From contig CANMPK010000004.1 in the NCBI GenBank assembly GCA_947499725.1, forward strand, positions 211,550-275,549: 64,000 nt of DNA, in the 5' to 3' direction. The DNA comes from an uncultured Rhodobacteraceae bacterium (lineage in GTDB: Bacteria > Pseudomonadota > Alphaproteobacteria > Rhodobacterales > Rhodobacteraceae). The position numbers and the translations under genes were made by a program. Of this stretch, positions 9,893 through 18,121 are shown piece by piece; positions within the stretch are counted from its first letter, which is position 1; every line of letters starts with the position of its first letter. The notes under the pieces are model-generated. The model saw only the letters and a list, made by a program, of their open reading frames with translations, was not told the origin of the DNA and did no database searches.

Positions 9893-10897
9893 ATGAAATA
9901 TTTAACAACAGCTGCGGCCGCGCTTGCGGTATCGATGACAGCCACTGGCGCGTTTGCGGCTTGTGACGCGGGTGAGATGGTTATCAAGTTCAGCCATGTG
10001 ACCAACACAGACAAACACCCTAAAGGCATTGCGGCGTCCTTGCTGCAAGAGCGTGTGAACGAAGAGATGAACGGCAAGGCTTGCATGGAAGTCTTCCCGA
10101 ATTCTACGCTGTACACTGACGAGAAAGCGCTGGAAGCGCTGTTGCAGGGTGACATCCAACTGGCCGCGCCTTCGCTGTCTTTGTTTGAGAAGTTCACCAA
10201 ACAGTTCCGCATTTTCGATCTGCCGTTCATGTTTGCAAACATCGATGCGGTTGATGCGTTCCAAGCGTCTGAGTCTGGTACTGCTTTGAAGAACGCGATG
10301 CAGCGTCGTGGTTTGCAGGGTCTGGAATTCTGGCACAATGGTATGAAGCAGATGTCTGCAAACGTGCCGCTGGTGTCTCCGACAGATGCGAATGGCCTGA
10401 AGTTCCGCGTTCAGCCGTCTGACGTGCTGGTTGCGCAGATGGAAGCGATTGGCGGTTCTCCGCAGAAGATGGCTTTCTCTGAAGTTTATGGCGCGCTGCA
10501 ACAGGGTGTTGTGGATGGCCAAGAGAACACATGGTCCAACATCTTTGGCCGTAAGTTCTTTGAAGTTCAGGACGGTGTGACAGAAACCAACCACGGTATC
10601 ATTGATTATCTGGTTGTGACCTCTGTTGAGTGGCTGAATGCGCTGGATGCGGATACACGCGATCAGTTCCTGACCATTCTGAACGAAGTGACTGAGACAC
10701 GTAACTCTGAGTCCACCAAGGTGAATGGCGAAGCGAAAGACGCGATCATTGCGGCAGGCGGTGAAGTGCGCGCCCTGACGGATGAGCAGCGTGCAGAATG
10801 GGTTGCAGCGATGAAACCTGTTTGGGCGCAGTTCGCGGATGACGTGGGCCAAGAGAACATTGATGCCGCGCAGGCGATCAACGCTTCCTTGAAGTAA
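9893..10897 (+). CDS. dctP: TRAP C4-dicarboxylate-binding periplasmic protein DctP
   Basis: Signal peptide MKYLTTAAAALAVSMTATGAFA. Motifs IKFSHV, GLKFRVQPS and VVDGQENT. GGAGG RBS. Confidence 0.9.
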   Translation: MKYLTTAAAALAVSMTATGAFAACDAGEMVIKFSHVTNTDKHPKGIAASLLQERVNEEMNGKACMEVFPNSTLYTDEKALEALLQGDIQLAAPSLSLFEKFTKQFRIFDLPFMFANIDAVDAFQASESGTALKNAMQRRGLQGLEFWHNGMKQMSANVPLVSPTDANGLKFRVQPSDVLVAQMEAIGGSPQKMAFSEVYGALQQGVVDGQENTWSNIFGRKFFEVQDGVTETNHGIIDYLVVTSVEWLNALDADTRDQFLTILNEVTETRNSESTKVNGEAKDAIIAAGGEVRALTDEQRAEWVAAMKPVWAQFADDVGQENIDAAQAINASLK

Positions 10898-10961
10898 TCA
10901 CCCGACAATTGAAGAGGGAGATCCGGCCTTGGGTCGGGTCTCCGTTAAAGAAGGATTCGAG

Positions 10962-11621
10962 ATGAAACGCTCGTGGACCGATACCATTGAGGAGACGTTG
11001 ATTGCGTTTCTTCTGGGCGCGATGACACTGATCACCTTTGCCAATGTGATTGCCCGTTATCTTTTCAATTCAAACATTCTCTGGGGTCTGGAAATGACCG
11101 TGTTCTTATTCGCATGGCTTGTGCTTTTGGGCGCGCCTTATGCGGTGAAGAAGAATGCGCACCTTGGGGTGGATTTTCTGGTGGAGATGGCGCCAAAGCC
11201 GCTGCGCCGTTTGCTGGGCCTAGTGGCTGTTGGCATCTGCATCGTGTTTTCTTTCCTGATGCTGAAAGGCGCTTGGGACTATTGGGCGAATTTCGCCAAC
11301 CTGCCTGGCACCGAGGGGCGCTGGTTCCCGCTGGGCTTTGAAGAGAGCTTTTTGGCGAAGGGTTGGTATGAGGTTTACGACATTCCACACCCCGGCTTTC
11401 TAGGCTGGATGGAAGGCGTGTTTAACGAGGGCGAAGAATACGAGAAGCTGCCGCGGTTCATTCCTTATGCGGTGCTGCCTTTGTCGATGGCTTTGCTGCT
11501 GTTCCGTTTCATTCAGATGGCTGTGGCGATCTGGAAAGGTGAGGCGGATCGTGTGGTGGCAAGCCATGAAGTTGAAGATGAGCTTGAAGCCATCAAATCC
11601 AATTCTGAGGAACAAGCTTAA
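10962..11621 (+). CDS. dctQ: TRAP small permease DctQ
   Basis: Four TM segments and AHLGVD motif, between dctP and dctM. Start ATG 10962 after AAGGA. Confidence 0.9.
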   Translation: MKRSWTDTIEETLIAFLLGAMTLITFANVIARYLFNSNILWGLEMTVFLFAWLVLLGAPYAVKKNAHLGVDFLVEMAPKPLRRLLGLVAVGICIVFSFLMLKGAWDYWANFANLPGTEGRWFPLGFEESFLAKGWYEVYDIPHPGFLGWMEGVFNEGEEYEKLPRFIPYAVLPLSMALLLFRFIQMAVAIWKGEADRVVASHEVEDELEAIKSNSEEQA

Positions 11622-13036
11622 TGGAAGTTGTCATCCTTTTCACAATGGTCATTGGCCTGCTGTTGATTGGTGTGCCAATCGCCGTGTCGCTTGGCCTGAG
11701 TTCGATCATTTTCCTGCTGAACTTTTCTGACACCTCTATGGCGTCGATTGCGCAGACGTTGTTTTCCGCCTTTGAGGGTCACTTTACCCTGCTGGCGATC
11801 CCGTTCTTTATTCTGGCGTCGAGCTTTATGTCGACGGGCGGTGTGGCGCGGCGGATTATTCGGTTTGCGATTGCCTGTGTGGGGCATTTCCCCGGTGGTT
11901 TGGCGATTGCAGGTGTCTTTGCCTGTATGCTGTTCGCGGCTCTGTCTGGGTCTTCACCGGCGACGGTTGTGGCGATTGGGTCTATCGTGATCGCGGGCAT
12001 GCGTCAGGTGGGGTACACCAAGGAATTCGCGGCTGGTGTGATTTGTAACGCAGGTACATTGGGGATTTTGATCCCGCCGTCCATCGTGATGGTTGTCTAT
12101 GCGGCCTCTGTTGAGGTTTCTGTGGGCCGGATGTTCTTGGCTGGTGTTATTCCGGGCTTGCTGGCTGGCTTTATGCTGATGGTGGCGATTTACGTGATGG
12201 CGAAGGTGAAGAACCTGCCAAAAGGGGAATGGGCCGGTTGGGGCGAAGTCTTTGCCTCTGGCCGTGATGCGGCGTGGGGCTTGTTCCTGATCGTGATCAT
12301 TCTGGGCGGCATCTACGGTGGTATCTTTACGCCAACCGAAGCGGCGGCTGTGGCGGCGTGTTACGCCTTCTTTATCGCCTGCTTTGTCTACCGAGATATG
12401 GGGCCTTTGGCCGATCCGAACCGTCAGACAGGCATGGCGGATGTGTCTGCCTATGAAGGGCCTGATGGGCGTGGCAGCGTGCTGACCAAACCTTGGGCTA
12501 TTCTGACGGCCTTTGTCCACAAAGACACGCAGAAGACCCTGTTTGAAGCGGGCAAGCTGACCGTGACGCTGTTGTTCGTGATTGCGAACGCGCTGATCCT
12601 GAAGCACGTGCTGACTGACGAGCAAATCCCGCAGCAGATCGCGAATGCGATGCTGTCGGCTGGGTTTGGTCCGGTGGTCTTCTTGATCATGGTGAACGTG
12701 ATCCTGTTGATCGGTGGCCAGTTCATGGAGCCTTCTGGCTTGCTGGTGATCGTGGCGCCTCTGGTGTTCCCGATTGCGATCGAGCTGGGCATTGATCCGA
12801 TCCATTTGGGCATCATCATGGTGGTGAACATGGAGATCGGGATGATCACGCCGCCGGTTGGTTTGAACCTGTTCGTGACCTCTGGGGTGGCCTCTATGCC
12901 GATGATGGCTGTTGTGCGCGCGGCGCTGCCGTTCCTTGCGGTTCTGATGGTCTTCCTTGTGATCGTGACCTACGTGCCATGGATTTCGACATATCTGCCG
13001 AACACCTTCATGGGGCCGGAGTTGATCACCAAGTAG
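11621..13036 (+). CDS. dctM: TRAP large permease DctM
   Basis: 471 aa with GTLGILIPPSIVM and ITPPVGLNLFV. Start overlaps the dctQ stop (TAATG). Confidence 0.92.
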   Translation: MEVVILFTMVIGLLLIGVPIAVSLGLSSIIFLLNFSDTSMASIAQTLFSAFEGHFTLLAIPFFILASSFMSTGGVARRIIRFAIACVGHFPGGLAIAGVFACMLFAALSGSSPATVVAIGSIVIAGMRQVGYTKEFAAGVICNAGTLGILIPPSIVMVVYAASVEVSVGRMFLAGVIPGLLAGFMLMVAIYVMAKVKNLPKGEWAGWGEVFASGRDAAWGLFLIVIILGGIYGGIFTPTEAAAVAACYAFFIACFVYRDMGPLADPNRQTGMADVSAYEGPDGRGSVLTKPWAILTAFVHKDTQKTLFEAGKLTVTLLFVIANALILKHVLTDEQIPQQIANAMLSAGFGPVVFLIMVNVILLIGGQFMEPSGLLVIVAPLVFPIAIELGIDPIHLGIIMVVNMEIGMITPPVGLNLFVTSGVASMPMMAVVRAALPFLAVLMVFLVIVTYVPWISTYLPNTFMGPELITK

Positions 13037-13088
13037 CGGGTTCACGCAGTTCCCCGAGTGCCACACCTTCCTTTTGGCACTCCTGAGG

Positions 13089-13122
13089 CAAGCGCTCCGA
13101 GATTTCGGGGCGCTTGTTTTTT
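13089..13122 (+). terminator. Rho-independent terminator after dctM
   Basis: CAAGCGCTCCGA-GATT-TCGGGGCGCTTG followed by TTTTTT. Confidence 0.8.
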
Positions 13123-13138
13123 GTGGAACTGTTCGGGG

Positions 13139-14104
13139 TTAGCTGGCTTTACGGCTGGTGCTGAGGGGGCGTGCCGTGGTTTCGTATGTCGCATTCGGTT
13201 TGGTGGCGGCGATTTCTGCCAATGCAGAAAGCGCGATCAGCTTGGCGTCGCGCAGGGAGGCCACAAGACCGATGGGGCCACGGGTGCGGGCCAGTTGTTC
13301 TTCGGGGATGTCCATGGCGCGCAAAGTATCGAGGCGCGTGGCATGGGTGCGGCTGCTGCCCATGCAGCCGATGAACCGCGCTGGGGTGCTGAGCGCTTGT
13401 TTCAGCAGATCGATTTCCCATTCATGATCGTGGAACAGGGTGAGGAAGCCGGAATAGGTGTCCATCTCTGACAGCAGATCGCTGCCGCTGGACCATGTGA
13501 GCATATGGGGCTCGGACGCCGTGAAGGGCGCGATGGTCTCTAGATCGTCAGCATCCGGCGAGAAGGCTTCGACGTGAAACCCTGTGGCGGCGGAAGCTTC
13601 GACCACGCTGCGAAAGACCGCGCCGCGACCGGCGAGGTAGAGGCGGAATTTCGGCTCATAGATAAAGGTCTTGGTGCCGATGCCTGCATCCGCCGGAGGC
13701 GTAAAGGCGATTTCGGCCAGTTGACGACCGCGCAGTTGGGCGCAGGCCTGCATGATTTGGCTGCGGCTTGGGCTTGGGTCGATCAGAACCCCAAGCGAGC
13801 CGCCGCAGGGCAGGCGAAGGTCGAAGTTTTTCGAGCCTTCGCCGTATTGCACAAATTCCTTAGTGCCGGTGCGCAAGGTTTCTTGCGCACGCAGCAACAG
13901 ATCACGGTCGATACAACCGTTGGACAAATAGCCGAACATGTCCCCGTCTGGCGTGACTACGGCAAGAGAGCCGCAATCGCGTGCAGAGCCGCCTTTGATC
14001 ATCAGGGAGGTGATCAGGGCAAAAGGCTGATCGTTGCGGATGAAGCCTTCGGCTTGGGCCAGAACGTCAGGGGCGTGTTCGGTATATGTGATCTGATCAG
14101 GCAA
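13139..14104 (-). CDS. XdhC/CoxI-family molybdoenzyme maturation factor
   Basis: GYLSNGCID, LPCGGSL, FIGCMGS..TH..R and GPIGL motifs. Last gene of the cox cluster. Confidence 0.85.
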   Translation of the reverse strand: MPDQITYTEHAPDVLAQAEGFIRNDQPFALITSLMIKGGSARDCGSLAVVTPDGDMFGYLSNGCIDRDLLLRAQETLRTGTKEFVQYGEGSKNFDLRLPCGGSLGVLIDPSPSRSQIMQACAQLRGRQLAEIAFTPPADAGIGTKTFIYEPKFRLYLAGRGAVFRSVVEASAATGFHVEAFSPDADDLETIAPFTASEPHMLTWSSGSDLLSEMDTYSGFLTLFHDHEWEIDLLKQALSTPARFIGCMGSSRTHATRLDTLRAMDIPEEQLARTRGPIGLVASLRDAKLIALSALAEIAATKPNATYETTARPLSTSRKAS

Positions 14105-14549
14105 TTTTTTCCTCTTCGATGACCTTCGCGAAGGATTTGAAGAATTTCGCAGCCAGCTTTTTGGCGGTGCTTTGGATCAGGCGGCTGCCCAGCTGTGCCA
14201 GCTTGCCGCCGATTTCGGCTTTGGCATCATAGGACAGCAGGGTTTCATCGCCTTGCGCGGTCAGCGTGACGTCTGCGCCGCCTTTGGCGTGGCCGGCTGC
14301 GCCGCCGTTGCCTTGGCCGGACAGGGAGAACGCATCAGGTGCGCCGGCTGTGTCCAAGGTGACGTTGCCGCCAAAGCGGGCTTTCACCGGGCCGACCTTC
14401 AGCACAACTTTGGCTTCCAGTTCTGAGTCAGAGTGTTTGATCAGCTCTTCGCAGCCTGGGATGCATTGTTTGAGGATTTCAGGATCGTTCAGCGCGGCAT
14501 AAACAACGTCTGTTGGGGCTTTGATCAGAATTTCGTCTTTGAGTTCCAT
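14097..14549 (-). CDS. coxG: CO dehydrogenase accessory protein CoxG (SRPBCC fold)
   Basis: LNDPEILKQCIPGCEEL, KVGPVKARF and GGKLAQLGSRLI motifs. Confidence 0.9.
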   Translation of the reverse strand: MELKDEILIKAPTDVVYAALNDPEILKQCIPGCEELIKHSDSELEAKVVLKVGPVKARFGGNVTLDTAGAPDAFSLSGQGNGGAAGHAKGGADVTLTAQGDETLLSYDAKAEIGGKLAQLGSRLIQSTAKKLAAKFFKSFAKVIEEEKIA

Positions 14550-14562
14550 GGTTTAGTCCTTC

Positions 14563-14664
14563 TTAGCAACAGGGAAACTTGAGGCGAGACAGCACTTCGG
14601 CTTGCTCTGGGGTGAGTGAGGCGCGTTTGCGCAATCCAATGAGACGGCTGAAAAGTTTTCTCAT
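14563..14664 (-). CDS. 33-aa small protein ending KFPCC inside the cox operon
   Basis: MRKLFSRLIGLRKRASLTPEQAEVLSRLKFPCC. ATG overlaps the upstream stop (ATGA), GAAAGGA RBS lies 9 nt upstream, and the stop is 13 nt before the coxG start. Confidence 0.65.
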   Translation of the reverse strand: MRKLFSRLIGLRKRASLTPEQAEVLSRLKFPCC

Positions 14665-15266
14665 GCGGGAATGTCCTTTCTGGCGTTGGCGAGCGCGGCG
14701 TAGGCCTCGGGGGTGTCGATGTCTGTGAAAAAACCGGGGGGCTTCATCGGCAGGCGGGTGACGCATTCGGGGTGATCGCGTGTGAAGCGCATGCAGCCCG
14801 GGCGGTCGGGGTTTTCGGTGAGACGAGGACGCAGGCTGGCGGGCACCACGATGGGATTGCCGCGGTCTTGGCCATGCACCGGAATGGTGATGCGGGTGTT
14901 GATTTTGTTATGGGCCGTCATCAGCGTGGCGATGTCTGTTGGGGTCAGTAGGGGCTGATCGCCGAGGCCTATTAGAAGGTTATCTGATTGCGGCGCGGCC
15001 ATGAGGCCGGTGGCCACAGATGTGGGCTGGCCTTGGGCGTAATCTGGGTTGTGCGCGAATTGCACATCTAGGCCTGCGAGGGCGGCTTGCACGTGTTCTG
15101 CTTCGTGACCGGTGACCACGGTGAGCGTGCCGTCGATGGCGGCAAGATAGGTGCTTGCGACGGCTTGGATCACCGTTTTCGTGGCCCAAGGCAGCAGCAG
15201 TTTGTTTTCTTTGCCCATGCGGGTGGAGAGGCCTGCGGCTAGAAGGATGGCGTTGTACTTAGGCAT
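14661..15266 (-). CDS. Molybdopterin cytidylyltransferase-like nucleotidyltransferase (MocA family)
   Basis: ILLAAGLSTRMGKENKLLL, HNPDYAQG, GLGDQP and DIDTPEAY motifs. Start at ATG 15266 or 15272. Confidence 0.85.
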   Translation of the reverse strand: MPKYNAILLAAGLSTRMGKENKLLLPWATKTVIQAVASTYLAAIDGTLTVVTGHEAEHVQAALAGLDVQFAHNPDYAQGQPTSVATGLMAAPQSDNLLIGLGDQPLLTPTDIATLMTAHNKINTRITIPVHGQDRGNPIVVPASLRPRLTENPDRPGCMRFTRDHPECVTRLPMKPPGFFTDIDTPEAYAALANARKDIPA

Positions 15267-16017
15267 CGGCATCCTCCGGCTGGGTGCGGCGGTGGTGCAC
15301 GAGACCCGCGAGGATCGACAGGGCGATTTCCTGCGGGGTTTGCGCGTTGATGGGAAGGCCAGCGGGGGCGTGGACGGCGGCGATGGCTTCGGCGGCGAAG
15401 CCTGCATCTGCGAGTTTGGCCGAGAGGCTGGCGTATTTCTTGGCGCTGCCCACGAAGGCCACGTATGGGATTTGAGCGGAGAGCGCGGATTTCAGCGCGT
15501 CCAGATCGCCTTGGCCTTGGGTGGCGATAACCACCATGTCTTGCGCTTGTTCGCCCACGGTCCAGCCGAGGTTTGGCGCGAGGCTGCGCAGGGCCACGGC
15601 GACAGGTGAGCCGCCGATGATGGCGAGGGTTGGCGTCGGCAGGCACGGCTCGATGAAGATATCGACAGTGCCTTTAGAGGGGCAGCCGTTGCGGGCGAAT
15701 TTCACGCCGTCCACCGCCGTGCCTGCGGTTACGCCCAGATCAGAGAGCACCTCTTCGGGGGCGACGGTGATGAGTTTGGGGGCATTGGCAGTAAGGGCTT
15801 CGATGGTGGCTTTTTTGACAGCGGCGCGGGTGCAGCCGCCGCCGAGCCAGCCTGCGATCATGGCGCCTTGATCGTCGATCAGGGCCTTGGCGCCGGCTTT
15901 GGCGGCGGTCGAGCCAACCGTGCGCACGATGGTGGCGACGGCGAAGGCTTGGCCTTTGGCCGTAAGGTCTGCAGCGGTTTGCGTTAGGTCGGCGGGGGTG
16001 AATTCGGTGGCGATCAT
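15259..16017 (-). CDS. coxF: CoxF (XdhC-family) accessory protein
   Basis: GWLGGGC, CPSKGTVDIFIEP, YVAFVGS and APAGLPINAQTPQEIALSI motifs. Follows coxE with an ATGA overlap. Confidence 0.85.
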   Translation of the reverse strand: MIATEFTPADLTQTAADLTAKGQAFAVATIVRTVGSTAAKAGAKALIDDQGAMIAGWLGGGCTRAAVKKATIEALTANAPKLITVAPEEVLSDLGVTAGTAVDGVKFARNGCPSKGTVDIFIEPCLPTPTLAIIGGSPVAVALRSLAPNLGWTVGEQAQDMVVIATQGQGDLDALKSALSAQIPYVAFVGSAKKYASLSAKLADAGFAAEAIAAVHAPAGLPINAQTPQEIALSILAGLVHHRRTQPEDADA

Positions 16018-17198
16018 AGGGTTTTTAGCTCCTGTTCCAGAGCGGCGATGTCTTGCAGGGTGGCGGCGGCGACGAAGCGATCCAGATGCGGCATGGCGGC
16101 GGCCATGCCTGCGGCGATTGGGGCGTAGTCGCGCCAGCTTTTCATTGGGTTGAGCCAGATGATTTTGCAGCCGCGTTTGCGCAGTTTGGCGAGGGCATTT
16201 GAGAGCACCTCGGCGGGGGCGGTGTCGTAGCCATCGGACAGGATCAGCACCGTGGTGCGCCCATCAACAAAACGGCGCGCGTAGGAGTCTGCGAATTTTT
16301 GCAGGCTTGGGCCGATGTCTGATCCGCCGCCGAAGCCATCTGCCAACAAAGACAAACGGCCAATGGCGCGCAGGGCGTCTTTTTCGCGTAGGGCTTCGGT
16401 GATGCGCACGAGGCGGGTGTGAAAGAGGTAAGCGTCTGAGGTGTCATCGGCGCGGATGAGGCCCGCGACGAAGGCCAAATAGACCTGTGCGTATAGGGTC
16501 ATGGAGCCGGAGACATCGCAGAGCGAGACGATTTTTTGCGGGCGGTCCGGGCGTTTTTTGCGGATCAGCGCCAGAGGTTCGCCGCCAGTGCCGAGGCTGC
16601 GGCGGATGGTTTTGCGGAAGTGCAGCCCTTGGCCGCGACGGGCCGCGATGCGGCGGCGGGAGCGGCGGTTGCGCATGGCCGCGCCCAAACGGCGGGCGAC
16701 TTTCTCGGCCTCGGCGATGTCTTCGGGGCGGACGAGTTCGCGCAGATCGGTCTGCATCAGGTTTTTCACCTGCGTGGCCATCAGGCGGCCTTCGCCGTCG
16801 CTTTCGCATTCGCCATCGCCGCCTTCTGGGGCTGAGGCTGAACCGGAGCTGCCCATGTCTTCGCCTTGGCCATCGCGGGAGGAATGGATGCTTTCGTCGT
16901 TGGATTTGGTTTGCGGTTTGGGGATGGATTTGTGTTTCACGCGGCCTGCGTCGCGCCAGTAGGAGTCAAACAGGGCGTCGAAGCGGTCGAAGTCTTCTTT
17001 GCAGCCGGTGCAGATGGTTTTGAGCGCGAGGGCGGCGTCATCGGCGTTGCTGGCATTGACTGCGTTGAGGGCTGTCATCATCTGATCCGCTTCGGCCACG
17101 CCAAGGCGCAGGCCATTGTCACGCAAATGCGCCGCGAACCCCACGATGCGGGCGGAGGGCCCGGGGTCACGGGCGGCGAATTTGCTCACGCGGCTCAT
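16014..17198 (-). CDS. coxE: CoxE von Willebrand A domain protein
   Basis: MIDAS-like CDVSGSM, LFHTRL and LSDGYD motifs. Real start MSRVSK at 17198 overlaps the coxD stop. Confidence 0.9.
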   Translation of the reverse strand: MSRVSKFAARDPGPSARIVGFAAHLRDNGLRLGVAEADQMMTALNAVNASNADDAALALKTICTGCKEDFDRFDALFDSYWRDAGRVKHKSIPKPQTKSNDESIHSSRDGQGEDMGSSGSASAPEGGDGECESDGEGRLMATQVKNLMQTDLRELVRPEDIAEAEKVARRLGAAMRNRRSRRRIAARRGQGLHFRKTIRRSLGTGGEPLALIRKKRPDRPQKIVSLCDVSGSMTLYAQVYLAFVAGLIRADDTSDAYLFHTRLVRITEALREKDALRAIGRLSLLADGFGGGSDIGPSLQKFADSYARRFVDGRTTVLILSDGYDTAPAEVLSNALAKLRKRGCKIIWLNPMKSWRDYAPIAAGMAAAMPHLDRFVAAATLQDIAALEQELKTL

Positions 17199-18070
17199 GC
17201 GGCTTTTCCTGCGAGGCGTACGGCCACTTCTGGCGTGATCGCGGCGCGGTCGGTTTGGGTTTTTAGCAAGGTGGACAGGGTGGCGTGCAATGCCTGCGGA
17301 TCGCGGGTGAGATCTGCCACGCCAAGGCCCATGAGGGCGGCGGCGAAGTCGAGGCTTTCGGCGATGCCGGGGGTTTTCTCGAGGTCTTCGCGGCGTAGGT
17401 TTTGCACGAAGTTCACCACTTGCTGCATCAGGCTGAGTTCTGCCTGCGGGCAGCGGGCTTGCAGGATGGCGAGTTCGGTTTCGCGGTCTGGATAATCCAC
17501 ATAAGAGAACAGACAACGGCGGCGCAGCGCGTCTGACAGATCGCGGGTGCCGTTGGAGGTGAGGATCACGATTGGGCGAGTTTGCGCGGTGATCGTGCCG
17601 AGTTCTGGGACGGAGACCTGAAAATCAGAGAGGATTTCGAGCAGGTAAGCTTCGAATTCCTCGTCTGCGCGGTCGATCTCGTCGATCAGCAGAACGGGCG
17701 GTGTGTCTTGGGTGATGGCGGCGAGCAGGGGGCGTTCCAGCAGGAAGTCACGTGAGAAGATACGCTCTTCCACGGCCTTGCCGGTTTCCCCGTCTTCGGC
17801 GGCGGTGCGGATGGTCAGGAGCTGGCGCTGGTAGTTCCATTCGTAGATGGATTGCGCGGCATCAAGCCCTTCGTAGCACTGCAAGCGGATCAGCTTGGTG
17901 TTCTTTTCGGCCGCAAGGGTGCGGGCGATTTCGGTTTTGCCGACGCCTGCTGCGCCTTCCAGCAGTAAGGGCCGCCCGAGGGTCAGCGCCAAGTGCAAAG
18001 CGACAGCGAGATCGTCCGAGGCCACGTAACCGTGATCCCGAAGGCTGTTTTGAAGTGTTGTCCAAGTCAT
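17195..18070 (-). CDS. coxD: CoxD MoxR-type AAA+ ATPase
   Basis: Walker A GAAGVGKT, LQCYEGLD, LLIDEIDRAD and LSDALRRRC motifs. Confidence 0.92.
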   Translation of the reverse strand: MTWTTLQNSLRDHGYVASDDLAVALHLALTLGRPLLLEGAAGVGKTEIARTLAAEKNTKLIRLQCYEGLDAAQSIYEWNYQRQLLTIRTAAEDGETGKAVEERIFSRDFLLERPLLAAITQDTPPVLLIDEIDRADEEFEAYLLEILSDFQVSVPELGTITAQTRPIVILTSNGTRDLSDALRRRCLFSYVDYPDRETELAILQARCPQAELSLMQQVVNFVQNLRREDLEKTPGIAESLDFAAALMGLGVADLTRDPQALHATLSTLLKTQTDRAAITPEVAVRLAGKAA

Positions 18071-18079
18071 TTTGTAAGT

Positions 18080-18110
18080 GGCGGAGCAGGGGGGTGGATC
18101 CTGCTCCGCC
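18080..18110. other. Intergenic 11-bp hairpin between coxL and coxD
   Basis: GGCGGAGCAGG-9 nt-CCTGCTCCGCC, with no U-tract on the minus strand. Confidence 0.6.
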
Positions 18111-18121
18111 TTTCCTCCTAC

